DNA of 64,000 bases from positions 39,632 to 103,631 of the forward strand of contig JAVBSH010000128.1 of the NCBI GenBank assembly GCA_031547085.1. Direction: 5' to 3'. The stretch is from Bacteroidales bacterium. Its GTDB lineage: Bacteria > Bacteroidota > Bacteroidia > Bacteroidales > UBA4181. The position numbers were made by a program, and so were the translations under genes. Under the pieces are notes generated by a model. The model searched no databases. It was not told where the DNA came from and saw only the letters and a program-made list of their open reading frames with translations. Position 1 is the stretch's first letter; each line of letters starts with the position of its first letter. Positions 46,308 to 54,474 of the stretch are shown one piece after another.

Positions 46308-47411
46308 ATGAAACTTGTTTTTTTGACACTCTGCTTGTGTGTTTCCCTGTTTACCACCTGTTCGTCGTGCAACCGGAGTAATAGGGAGTCGAAATCGAAA
46401 AATACGACGGAACAGCAACGCCCGCGTCAACAGAGGGCACGGATTGCCATTTCGTCGCCAAGAAATAATGAAAAGCAGGCACTGGGCTCCGCCATTATTT
46501 TGTCTGTCCAAGTAAAAGATACTTCCGACCCCATAGATTCGCTCCGCTGGTTCATTGGCGGCAGATGGTTGAAAACGACCAAGGGTGGGGATGTTACTTG
46601 GAACACATCGGGGCAAACTACGGGTACACACCGTATTGAGGCTGTGGCATATTATGTTTCGGGACAGCATGACATGGTGTCGACAAGTGTCGTTTTGTTG
46701 GCTGACAAGGCGCCTAAACAATACACATATAAAGTGGTGCAGACCTATCCGCACGACAGGAAAGCCTATACCCAGGGATTGGTTTTCGATAATGGTTTCC
46801 TGTACGAAAGTACTGGCCTGAAAGGCGAATCATCGCTACGTAAGGTCAATATCCAGACAGGCGAACCTATTCAAGTGACCAATATGCCGGGCGATATGTT
46901 TGGTGAAGGGCTGGCATTGGTGGATAATAAATTGATCCAATTAACTTGGCAAAATCAGGTGGCCTTTATATACCGGAAAGATGATTTCAAGGTGCTGGAT
47001 AAGATCAATTACTCGATGCGCGAAGGCTGGGGATTGGTTTTCGATGGCACGCACCTGCTGATGACCGACGGCTCGGCAACCCTTTATTCCCTGGATAAGG
47101 AATATCTCACGGAAGTACGCCGGTTGGAAGTGTGCGACAACAAAGGATTGGTGAGGGAATTGAACGAGTTGGAATATATCAACGGGGAGTTGTGGGCCAA
47201 TGTTTACCAAACAGACGACATCCTGCGCATCGATCCGGCCACAGGTGTTGTACTGGGATGTATCAATATGGAGGGATTGCTGAAACAAAGCGACAGGGAT
47301 AACGATACCAATGTGCTGAATGGCATTGCCTATGACGAGAAAACAGGAAAGATATATGTTACAGGGAAAAACTGGCCGAAACTGTTCGAAATACAGGTGG
47401 TAGAGAAGTAA
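46308..47411 (+). CDS. Glutaminyl-peptide cyclotransferase (beta-propeller, plant/bacterial type) lipoprotein with N-terminal extra domain
   Basis: Lipobox MKLVFLTLCLCVSLFTTC. YKVVQTYPHDRKAYTQGLVFDNGFLYESTGLKGESSLRKVNIQTGE and the following propeller repeats match type I glutamine cyclotransferase. About 130 aa of an extra Ig-like region precede it. Confidence 0.85.
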   Translation: MKLVFLTLCLCVSLFTTCSSCNRSNRESKSKNTTEQQRPRQQRARIAISSPRNNEKQALGSAIILSVQVKDTSDPIDSLRWFIGGRWLKTTKGGDVTWNTSGQTTGTHRIEAVAYYVSGQHDMVSTSVVLLADKAPKQYTYKVVQTYPHDRKAYTQGLVFDNGFLYESTGLKGESSLRKVNIQTGEPIQVTNMPGDMFGEGLALVDNKLIQLTWQNQVAFIYRKDDFKVLDKINYSMREGWGLVFDGTHLLMTDGSATLYSLDKEYLTEVRRLEVCDNKGLVRELNELEYINGELWANVYQTDDILRIDPATGVVLGCINMEGLLKQSDRDNDTNVLNGIAYDEKTGKIYVTGKNWPKLFEIQVVEK

Positions 47412-47439
47412 AAGTTACGAGTGACAGGTTACAAGTTAC
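47412..47439 (+). repeat. Heptamer array (4 x 7 nt) starting at the first base after the cyclase stop
   Basis: TAA then AAGTTAC GAGTGAC AGGTTAC AAGTTAC. Confidence 0.75.
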
Positions 47440-47449
47440 ACAACGGCAA

Positions 47450-47632
47450 CTAACAAAAGCGGCATTCTTCCGATGATGAGGATTTTTCCAACAGGTTTTT
47501 CAGGTCGCATCCCGGGCAACCGGCACATTTATTTACTTGTCCCTTTTTAACAAACACAAAACGATACAGCTTGTAGCATAACCAGGCTACAATCAACATG
47601 CCAATGATATATATGACAATGTCTTGTATCAT
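47450..47632 (-). CDS. FeoB-associated Cys-rich membrane protein family (small)
   Basis: MIQDIVIYIIGMLIVAWLCYKLYRFVFVKKGQVNKCAGCPGC: one TM followed by a CxxCxxC-like tail, as in the FeoB-associated small protein family. No feoB is present in the window. Confidence 0.55.
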   Translation of the reverse strand: MIQDIVIYIIGMLIVAWLCYKLYRFVFVKKGQVNKCAGCPGCDLKNLLEKSSSSEECRFC

Positions 47633-47740
47633 GATATAGAAACACATCATCATGCAAAATGTTCTATTTCAATACCTTTTTCCAATCTGTCACTGACAAT
47701 TATATCCGGCTACCGACATCAAAAATTGTACCTGTTTGAA

Positions 47741-50700
47741 TTATTCTGCCGACGGCAAACTGATGATAAACGTAGTACCCTCATTCGGGCGGGTCTTGAA
47801 ATTAATATTTCCGCCGGCGCTTTCGATGATGTTGCGTACAATGGATAATCCCACCCCCATACCGCTTGACTTGGTGGTAAAGTTCGGACGGAAAATTTTT
47901 TCCTGCATTTCTTCAGGGATTCCCAAACCATTGTCCTTAATGCGGATCCAGATAATCTGGTTAATTCTCAGGACGTCAATGAGTATCTCAGCTTGGCGGT
48001 CTTTTGGGATTGCTTGAAGTGCATTCTTGAACAGGTTAATGAATACACGCGATATCTGTTCTTTGTCGGCATAGATCATGGCGCGTTCCAGCCCGTGGAA
48101 ATCGGCGTGGAAAGCCCGTTTGTTCTCGTCGATGGCGAACAGGGGAACCACATTGTTGATTTTGGCAATGATGTCGATTTGTTCGTTTTGCGGCGCCGGC
48201 ATCTTGGCAAAGTTCGAGAACTCTGTGGCTATGGACGACAGGGTGTCGATCTGTTCCACCAGCGAACGTGATATCTTCTCCATATAATCGTCAAACCGTT
48301 CAGAACGGTTGTCGTAAGCCCGTTTGAGATGCTGGATGCTTAGTTTCATGGGTGTCAGCGGGTTGTTGATTTCATGAGCGATCTGCTTGGCCATTTCGCG
48401 CCAGGCCGATTCCCGTTCAGAACGTGCCAACCTGACGGCGCTTCGTGAAAGCTCCTCGATGGCTCGATTATATTCTTTCACCAATCCTCCCACTTCGTCG
48501 TGGCCTTCGTAACGGATCGGTTCGTTTTTCTCACCCAGCTTGATACTCCGGAATTTTTCCTGCAACATGATCAATGGCTGGGAAATCTGGTTACTCATCA
48601 TTACCGACACAATCACAGTAAGCAGGATGATGACCATGTAGAAATTGGTCATGGCCATGATAACGTTATAGATTTCTTCGGTCAGGGCATCCTGTTGCGT
48701 GAAATACGGCAGGTTCAGGAACGCGATTACCTTGTTCTCATTATCCACAAACGGCTCGTATGCCGATATATAATGTAGCCCGCCTATTTCTTCACGTTCG
48801 AGAATGGACGCACGCTGCCCATAAGCCAGTTGGATGTATGCATCGGGATTGATCTGTCTTCCTACCAAACCTTTATCAAATATGTCCGGGAGCGAAGTGG
48901 CAATCAATTGTCCATCTACATTAAAAAGGTTAACATCAATGAAAAACCTTTTCCGGAAGTAGGTCATCCAATCATACAGAAATTTATCATCTTCTTCCCA
49001 CTTATTGTCCATGCTTCTCTCGAAGATTATTGCATACAACAATTCGGCATGAATGCCGTGCATTTTTTCATTGATGATGTCGTTATTTTTATTCTGGTAC
49101 TGCCGGTTGATATAGAATACTGTCCCTACGCCGACGATCGCGAATGAAACCAGTATGATCGCGATCATGGAATATTGTATTTTGTTCCGGAAATTCCATT
49201 GAAATCCCCTTCTAATAAGAGGAAGATAAAATATTAACAATCCGATGGAAACCACCAGGAAGAAAAAGATAAAAATGTAGGAAAAATTAATGATCAGGTC
49301 ACTTGGTTTAGGCGAGTAGGTGCTCAATACGATCATGTTATTCTTGTCCGGCCTGTATATCAGGTGTTCCATTCCATCGAACAATACCGTATGGTATACA
49401 TTTTGATCAATTTGAAAAATATCTTGATTGATTTGGAAAATATCGCCTTTCAGATTGTATCTGTAATCCCCATATTGTTCTATTCTATTGTTATTACGAT
49501 ACTTTGCATACGAATAACCCTTCAGGTTATCACTTCCGCTTGTCCGGCTGTCAAGCAGCAGTTCGGGATAGCCCACTTCATCCGATACTCCACTTAGACG
49601 TAGTTCAATAAATAGTTGAAGAGGCGGCTCGTCTCCCTTTTCCTTCCGAAACCAGCCAAGATATGAAGATACATCACCTTCACCCGTTCTATCGATATAC
49701 CAAAATTGTGAACGCGACACCTTGGTGCCTTTACTGCGGGTCAGTTGGTTAAAATAATTGATACAATTAACCTTCCGTTTCGTATCCTGAAAGGTCAGTA
49801 TATCGTTATCAGAACTCACAATACATTGAGAGATAATATAACGATTCCAATATGATGAATAGAGTTGTTGCCTTTTCAGGTAATCGACAACCTCATCAGT
49901 TGAGCCTTGGAGGCGAGCTTCATATACCAGATCGACCAAGGTAGTGGTGTCAGCAATGATTCTTTCAGTAACCTCCTTGAATAACGATTCGGCTGCCAGG
50001 TCGCGTTGTGATGACAGAGCGGTCACGATTACTTTTTTCTGATCTTCATACTTCAAACTGCTGTATTGGTTAACTTTCAGGGATGTAAACAAAGACAACA
50101 CAAAAACAACCAAAATGTAGTGTGAATATTTGAGCTTGATAGGTTTCTTTAGCCGGACAATCCCGACGAAATAGATCATAACGGACAGAAACAACATTGT
50201 AAGCAGGCTGACATATAATCCGGCCAAACTCCATCCGATCACCACCAACGATAAAATGAGAACGTAAGAGATGAGGAATTGGGAAAAAGTCATTTCCTGC
50301 TTGCAGAGCATCACTGTTTTATCGAGGAGCAGGCAAAAGGAAGCCATGAAAAACATGATGATTACATAACCGAAGAAACTGAACCAATTCAATAATAATG
50401 CCCGGTTAGGATCTTCGAATATACCGGATGAATCAATCACCAGCGTCCGCAGCAACTGATTGATGGCAAAAAAACCGACGATGACAACAGCCAGGGATAC
50501 CCCTGCATAAGCAAAATACTTCCAGCGATGTTCGTAAAAGAGCGGAAACCGCAGATACCGGTATATTTCAAGTACAAAAAAGGCAATGAATATGCTCCAT
50601 AATCCAAGTTGGCCGAGGGAAGGAAACCATGTCGCCCCAAAATGGTAGGGACTAAATATTTCCAGTTGATAGAATACTCCGGGAATTTGCCAGCGTTGCA

Positions 50701-51529
50701 TCAGGTAACGCACGCCCAACAATAGCAAAGCAAGTAGCAGGAAGTACAGGTTTTTCGATGCTGAACTGCGCAATGTGACGAAAATGCTGTCCAGCAACAA
50801 GAAAAACACAAAGACAGCCAACAGGTATATCAATGCGGGGACATACGTTTGCCATTGATAATGGCATGTGCTGTCGAAAATCAACGACCAGACGAATTTT
50901 CTCTGGTTGTCGGTAATCGGATGACTACCGGGGGACTGTTCCGGGGATATCTTGGTATTGTCAGGCAACCTGTAATCCTTCTGGAACGAGGTTTTTAGGT
51001 ATTTGTTTTCGTAAGTATAAACGTTTTTGATCAGGACAAGCCCAATGATGTGAAAATCACCCCGGTGTTGCACAAATGAGGCATACCGGCCATTTCCCAA
51101 ACTGATGTAGGGTTTGTTGAACTCCGATGGAGCATATGATTCCGGTGCGACAACATCTTTGGTCGACCAATATATCAACGAGTCGCCTTGGTATGCAAAT
51201 ACATACAAACCGTGCTTTTTCAACTCCTTCTCATATTTTGTATGAAACTGTATGAAACACGGATTGTACGGAGTTTCGGCGGTACAAAGTTCCACCGAGT
51301 TCATATACTGGTGTAGCCTTTGCTCCTTTTCTATAAAGATATTTTGTATTTTCCGGGCATGTTTGTCATCGAACCTGGGAAATAGGACATTGATTTCGAT
51401 GAGTTTGGCAACCAGTAACAGGCACACAAAGGTTACCAAAAGCCGCACTGACCAATCGGACATATGCAACTTCCGCTGAAGATGTTTCAAGCGGGAACCA
51501 AACGAATATTCGTGCCTGCGGTTGTTCAT
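47741..51529 (-). CDS. Large multi-pass sensor histidine kinase (NtrY-like H-box)
   Basis: I chose the ATG at 51529 (MNNRRHEY); the track start 51664 overlaps yifB. There are more than 10 predicted TM helices and two extracytoplasmic regions. H-box AHEINNPLTPMKLSIQHL, N-box NLFKNALQA, G-boxes DNGLGIP / GMGVGLSIVRNI. Confidence 0.8.
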   Translation of the reverse strand: MNNRRHEYSFGSRLKHLQRKLHMSDWSVRLLVTFVCLLLVAKLIEINVLFPRFDDKHARKIQNIFIEKEQRLHQYMNSVELCTAETPYNPCFIQFHTKYEKELKKHGLYVFAYQGDSLIYWSTKDVVAPESYAPSEFNKPYISLGNGRYASFVQHRGDFHIIGLVLIKNVYTYENKYLKTSFQKDYRLPDNTKISPEQSPGSHPITDNQRKFVWSLIFDSTCHYQWQTYVPALIYLLAVFVFFLLLDSIFVTLRSSASKNLYFLLLALLLLGVRYLMQRWQIPGVFYQLEIFSPYHFGATWFPSLGQLGLWSIFIAFFVLEIYRYLRFPLFYEHRWKYFAYAGVSLAVVIVGFFAINQLLRTLVIDSSGIFEDPNRALLLNWFSFFGYVIIMFFMASFCLLLDKTVMLCKQEMTFSQFLISYVLILSLVVIGWSLAGLYVSLLTMLFLSVMIYFVGIVRLKKPIKLKYSHYILVVFVLSLFTSLKVNQYSSLKYEDQKKVIVTALSSQRDLAAESLFKEVTERIIADTTTLVDLVYEARLQGSTDEVVDYLKRQQLYSSYWNRYIISQCIVSSDNDILTFQDTKRKVNCINYFNQLTRSKGTKVSRSQFWYIDRTGEGDVSSYLGWFRKEKGDEPPLQLFIELRLSGVSDEVGYPELLLDSRTSGSDNLKGYSYAKYRNNNRIEQYGDYRYNLKGDIFQINQDIFQIDQNVYHTVLFDGMEHLIYRPDKNNMIVLSTYSPKPSDLIINFSYIFIFFFLVVSIGLLIFYLPLIRRGFQWNFRNKIQYSMIAIILVSFAIVGVGTVFYINRQYQNKNNDIINEKMHGIHAELLYAIIFERSMDNKWEEDDKFLYDWMTYFRKRFFIDVNLFNVDGQLIATSLPDIFDKGLVGRQINPDAYIQLAYGQRASILEREEIGGLHYISAYEPFVDNENKVIAFLNLPYFTQQDALTEEIYNVIMAMTNFYMVIILLTVIVSVMMSNQISQPLIMLQEKFRSIKLGEKNEPIRYEGHDEVGGLVKEYNRAIEELSRSAVRLARSERESAWREMAKQIAHEINNPLTPMKLSIQHLKRAYDNRSERFDDYMEKISRSLVEQIDTLSSIATEFSNFAKMPAPQNEQIDIIAKINNVVPLFAIDENKRAFHADFHGLERAMIYADKEQISRVFINLFKNALQAIPKDRQAEILIDVLRINQIIWIRIKDNGLGIPEEMQEKIFRPNFTTKSSGMGVGLSIVRNIIESAGGNINFKTRPNEGTTFIISLPSAE

Positions 51530-51569
51530 TCCGTATTCTAAAATTACTGCCGGTAACCGGCCTGTTCTG

Positions 51570-53105
51570 TCAAGCGCCCCAACCTTCCCTGTCGAGACTG
51601 CGGTATTGGATTGCCTCTGCCAAATGATGCACTTGTATAACGGGCGATGCCTCCAGATCGGCAATAGTGCGCGATACTTTGAGGATGCGGTCGTAAGCCC
51701 GTGCCGACAAGCCGAGCTTTTGCATGGCCGTTTTCATGATGCTCTGGCCGGCTGTATCAATGTTACAATATCGCCGCAACATTTTCGAATTCATCTGCGC
51801 GTTGCAATGAAATCCCGGGTGCTCGGCGTAACGTTCTTTCTGTATGTTACGGGCTGCGATTACCCTTTCGCGGATGATATGGCTCGGTTCCGACACCCGT
51901 AGTTCGGACAATTTTTCGAACGGCACGGGAACCACCTCGATATGTATGTCGATGCGGTCGAGCAACGGGCCGGAAATCCGGCTCAGGTATTTTTGTACAA
52001 ACCCCGGTGCACACATGCATTTCTTTTCAGGATGGTTGTAGAAACCGCACGGACAAGGGTTCATGGAAGCCACCAGCATGAAACTGGCCGGATATTCAAC
52101 GGCAAACCTGGCGCGTGAGATGGTGATCACACGATCCTCGAGCGGCTGGCGCATCACTTCGAGCACTGTCCGCTTAAATTCGGGCAATTCATCGAGGAAC
52201 AATACGCCGTTGTGTGCCAGCGATATTTCGCCGGGCTGAGGGAACGACCCTCCGCCCACCAGGGCTACATCGCTGATGGTATGATGCGGCGAACGGAAAG
52301 GCCGGCGAGTGACCAACGCTGCATCCTTTCCTGTTTTTCCGGCTACCGAATGAATCTTGGTGGTTTCCAGTGCTTCTTCGAGTGTCAGTGGCGGCAAGAT
52401 ACCGGGAAGCCGTTTGGATAACATGGTTTTTCCTGAACCCGGCGGTCCGATGAGAATGATGTTGTGTCCACCGGCGGCAGCTATTTCCATGGCGCGTTTT
52501 ACGTTTTCTTGACCTTTCACATCCGAAAAATCGGATTCGTAATTGTTTTTGTGAAGAAATTCCGCATCAAGGTCGACGATAACACGCTCCAAGCCTTCTT
52601 TCCCATCGAAAAAGTCAATCACTTCCTTGATGTTGTTTGCACCATAGACACTTATCCCGTCAACCACGGCGGCTTCGCGTGCATTTTGTTTTGGGAAAAT
52701 GCAGGTGGTAAAACCTTCACTTTTGGCCTGTATGGCAATAGGCAATGCTCCTTTAACGGGTTGGATGGTTCCATCGAGCGAAAGTTCACCCATAATGATA
52801 CACTGTTCCAGTCCAGTGCTTTTCATCTGTTCCGATGCCGCCAGTATACCGATGGCTAGCGGTAGGTCGTAAGCCGAACCTTCCTTACGGATGTCGGCGG
52901 GCGCCATGTTGATCACCACCTTCTTGCCCGGCATGCGATAACCATAAGTCTGCAAAGCCGATTCGATGCGCTGCTGGCTTTCTTTCACAGCATTATCGGG
53001 CAAGCCCACCATGAAGAAATTAATTCCCTGGCTGGCGCTCACCTCAATAGTGATGGTAGTCGCCTTAATGCCGTATACAGCGCTTCCGAAAGTCTTGATC
53101 AGCAT
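51570..53105 (-). CDS. yifB: YifB/ComM family Mg-chelatase-like AAA+ ATPase
   Basis: N-terminal Lon-protease-like domain, Walker A GPPGSGKTMLSKRLPGILPPL, FLDELPEF, and a C-terminal ChlI-like helical region. Confidence 0.9.
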   Translation of the reverse strand: MLIKTFGSAVYGIKATTITIEVSASQGINFFMVGLPDNAVKESQQRIESALQTYGYRMPGKKVVINMAPADIRKEGSAYDLPLAIGILAASEQMKSTGLEQCIIMGELSLDGTIQPVKGALPIAIQAKSEGFTTCIFPKQNAREAAVVDGISVYGANNIKEVIDFFDGKEGLERVIVDLDAEFLHKNNYESDFSDVKGQENVKRAMEIAAAGGHNIILIGPPGSGKTMLSKRLPGILPPLTLEEALETTKIHSVAGKTGKDAALVTRRPFRSPHHTISDVALVGGGSFPQPGEISLAHNGVLFLDELPEFKRTVLEVMRQPLEDRVITISRARFAVEYPASFMLVASMNPCPCGFYNHPEKKCMCAPGFVQKYLSRISGPLLDRIDIHIEVVPVPFEKLSELRVSEPSHIIRERVIAARNIQKERYAEHPGFHCNAQMNSKMLRRYCNIDTAGQSIMKTAMQKLGLSARAYDRILKVSRTIADLEASPVIQVHHLAEAIQYRSLDREGWGA

Positions 53106-53113
53106 GCGTCGTA

Positions 53114-53145
53114 AATTATGAATTAGGAGTTATGAATGATGAGTG
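53114..53145. repeat. Heptamer array filling the tlpA-like/yifB intercistronic gap
   Basis: The plus strand reads AATTATG AATTAGG AGTTATG AATGATG AGTG. It lies 1 nt from the TAA stop (53147-53149) and 8 nt from the yifB ATG (53105). Confidence 0.7.
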
Positions 53146-53146
53146 T

Positions 53147-54271
53147 TTACTTGTCTTTGTCATTAGTTTCCAACAGTTCTGCCAATTTCTTTTCCAGGTC
53201 GTTGGGTTGAAGTCCTTTGGCAAGGATTTTACCTTCCTTGTCCAGTAGAACGGTGTATGGGATCGAATTGACCGAATAAAGCTTTGCAGCGGCGCTTTGC
53301 CAGAATTTTAGGTCCGACATTTGCGGCCAGGTCAGCCCGTCGGCTTCAATTGCCTGCACCCATTCCCCTTTATCCCTGTCCAGTGAAATACCGACTATTT
53401 CAAAACCTTTATCCTTATACTTGTTGTATAGCTTCACCACATGCGGATTTGCCATCCGGCACGGTCTGCACCACGATGCCCAGAAGTCGATCAGCACATA
53501 TTTGTCTTTACCAGTATAATCCGAAAGAGCAATTACATCACCATTGGGTGCCGGCAATTTGATATCGGGCGCCGGTTGCCCCTCAGCCAGACGCTTGGCA
53601 GCGCCCGCTTTTTCCTTGATGCTTTGTACCCACGGCGACTTGCTGTTTACCTCGTCGAAACCATTGGCATAAGTTTCCATCTGGTCGGCTGTGATATAAT
53701 ACGAAAGGGTTTTGTCCACCACCAGGGCTGTAACCATCGAATTGGGATGATCCGTTGTAAATTTCATCATATAGTCGATCCGTTGTTGCCTGATCTCGTC
53801 CATCTGGGCCAGATAACCTTTTTCTTTTTCAGCGTCCGTTTCGCCGGAAAGTTTAAGCGACATGTAGTCGTCGTTCACCTTTTTGATGCTTTTCTCGAAT
53901 TCAGCCATGCCGTTATTGAACTCGTCAAATAAATCGTTTTCTTTCGATCCTGTTATTTTCGAATCCTGCATATTTTTCAGGTCGAAGACAACGTCGATGA
54001 CTGAATTTTCGACAAAAAACTGTGCCGGGCCATTTTTCCCTACATACAATAGGCTGTATTCGGGATATTCCACGGTACCTTTCATCTCGAATTTCCCGTT
54101 TTTAACCACACAGCTATCAATACCCACCGGTTCCATGTCGATGGTTACTTTTTTCAGTACCACTTTTTGTCCGTCAGCATCCGCCAAATCGCCCTTAATA
54201 GTATATCCTGTGTGTTCTTTACATGCTTGCAATGCAAACACTGCTATGATTATCCAAACTAAACGTTTCAT
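53147..54271 (-). CDS. TlpA family thiol:disulfide oxidoreductase lipoprotein (canonical CxxC)
   Basis: Lipobox MKRLVWIIIAVFALQAC (ATG 54271). A DUF4369-like N-terminal domain is followed by YVLIDFWASWCRPCR. Confidence 0.8.
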   Translation of the reverse strand: MKRLVWIIIAVFALQACKEHTGYTIKGDLADADGQKVVLKKVTIDMEPVGIDSCVVKNGKFEMKGTVEYPEYSLLYVGKNGPAQFFVENSVIDVVFDLKNMQDSKITGSKENDLFDEFNNGMAEFEKSIKKVNDDYMSLKLSGETDAEKEKGYLAQMDEIRQQRIDYMMKFTTDHPNSMVTALVVDKTLSYYITADQMETYANGFDEVNSKSPWVQSIKEKAGAAKRLAEGQPAPDIKLPAPNGDVIALSDYTGKDKYVLIDFWASWCRPCRMANPHVVKLYNKYKDKGFEIVGISLDRDKGEWVQAIEADGLTWPQMSDLKFWQSAAAKLYSVNSIPYTVLLDKEGKILAKGLQPNDLEKKLAELLETNDKDK

Positions 54272-54442
54272 TGATGATTGATTTAATATCATGCAAAGGT
54301 ACGATATTCATCAATATATACAGCGTTGTGATGGCGTTTTTTCAACAACAGCTGCCATCAACTACACTGCATGGTAAATACTATCGAGTAAATAATTGAC
54401 GTTTTGATATTGTTGTTCAATTCTGATTTACTGCGCTTTGCG

Positions 54443-54470
54443 TCAATTGTCAATTATCAATTATCAATTA
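54443..54470 (-). repeat. Heptamer array after the stop of the 708-aa hydrolase gene
   Basis: Minus strand after TAA+TAAAT: AATTGAT AATTGAT AATTGAC AATTGAC. Confidence 0.8.
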
Positions 54471-54474
54471 TTTA

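Noticed and set aside
45682-46754. Track ORFs 45682..46200 (172 aa, -) and 46050..46754 (234 aa, -)
   Set aside because: They run antisense to the HAD-like gene and the glutaminyl cyclase gene, which have recognisable motifs. The 234-aa ORF also reads through the heptamer palindrome. They are shadow ORFs.
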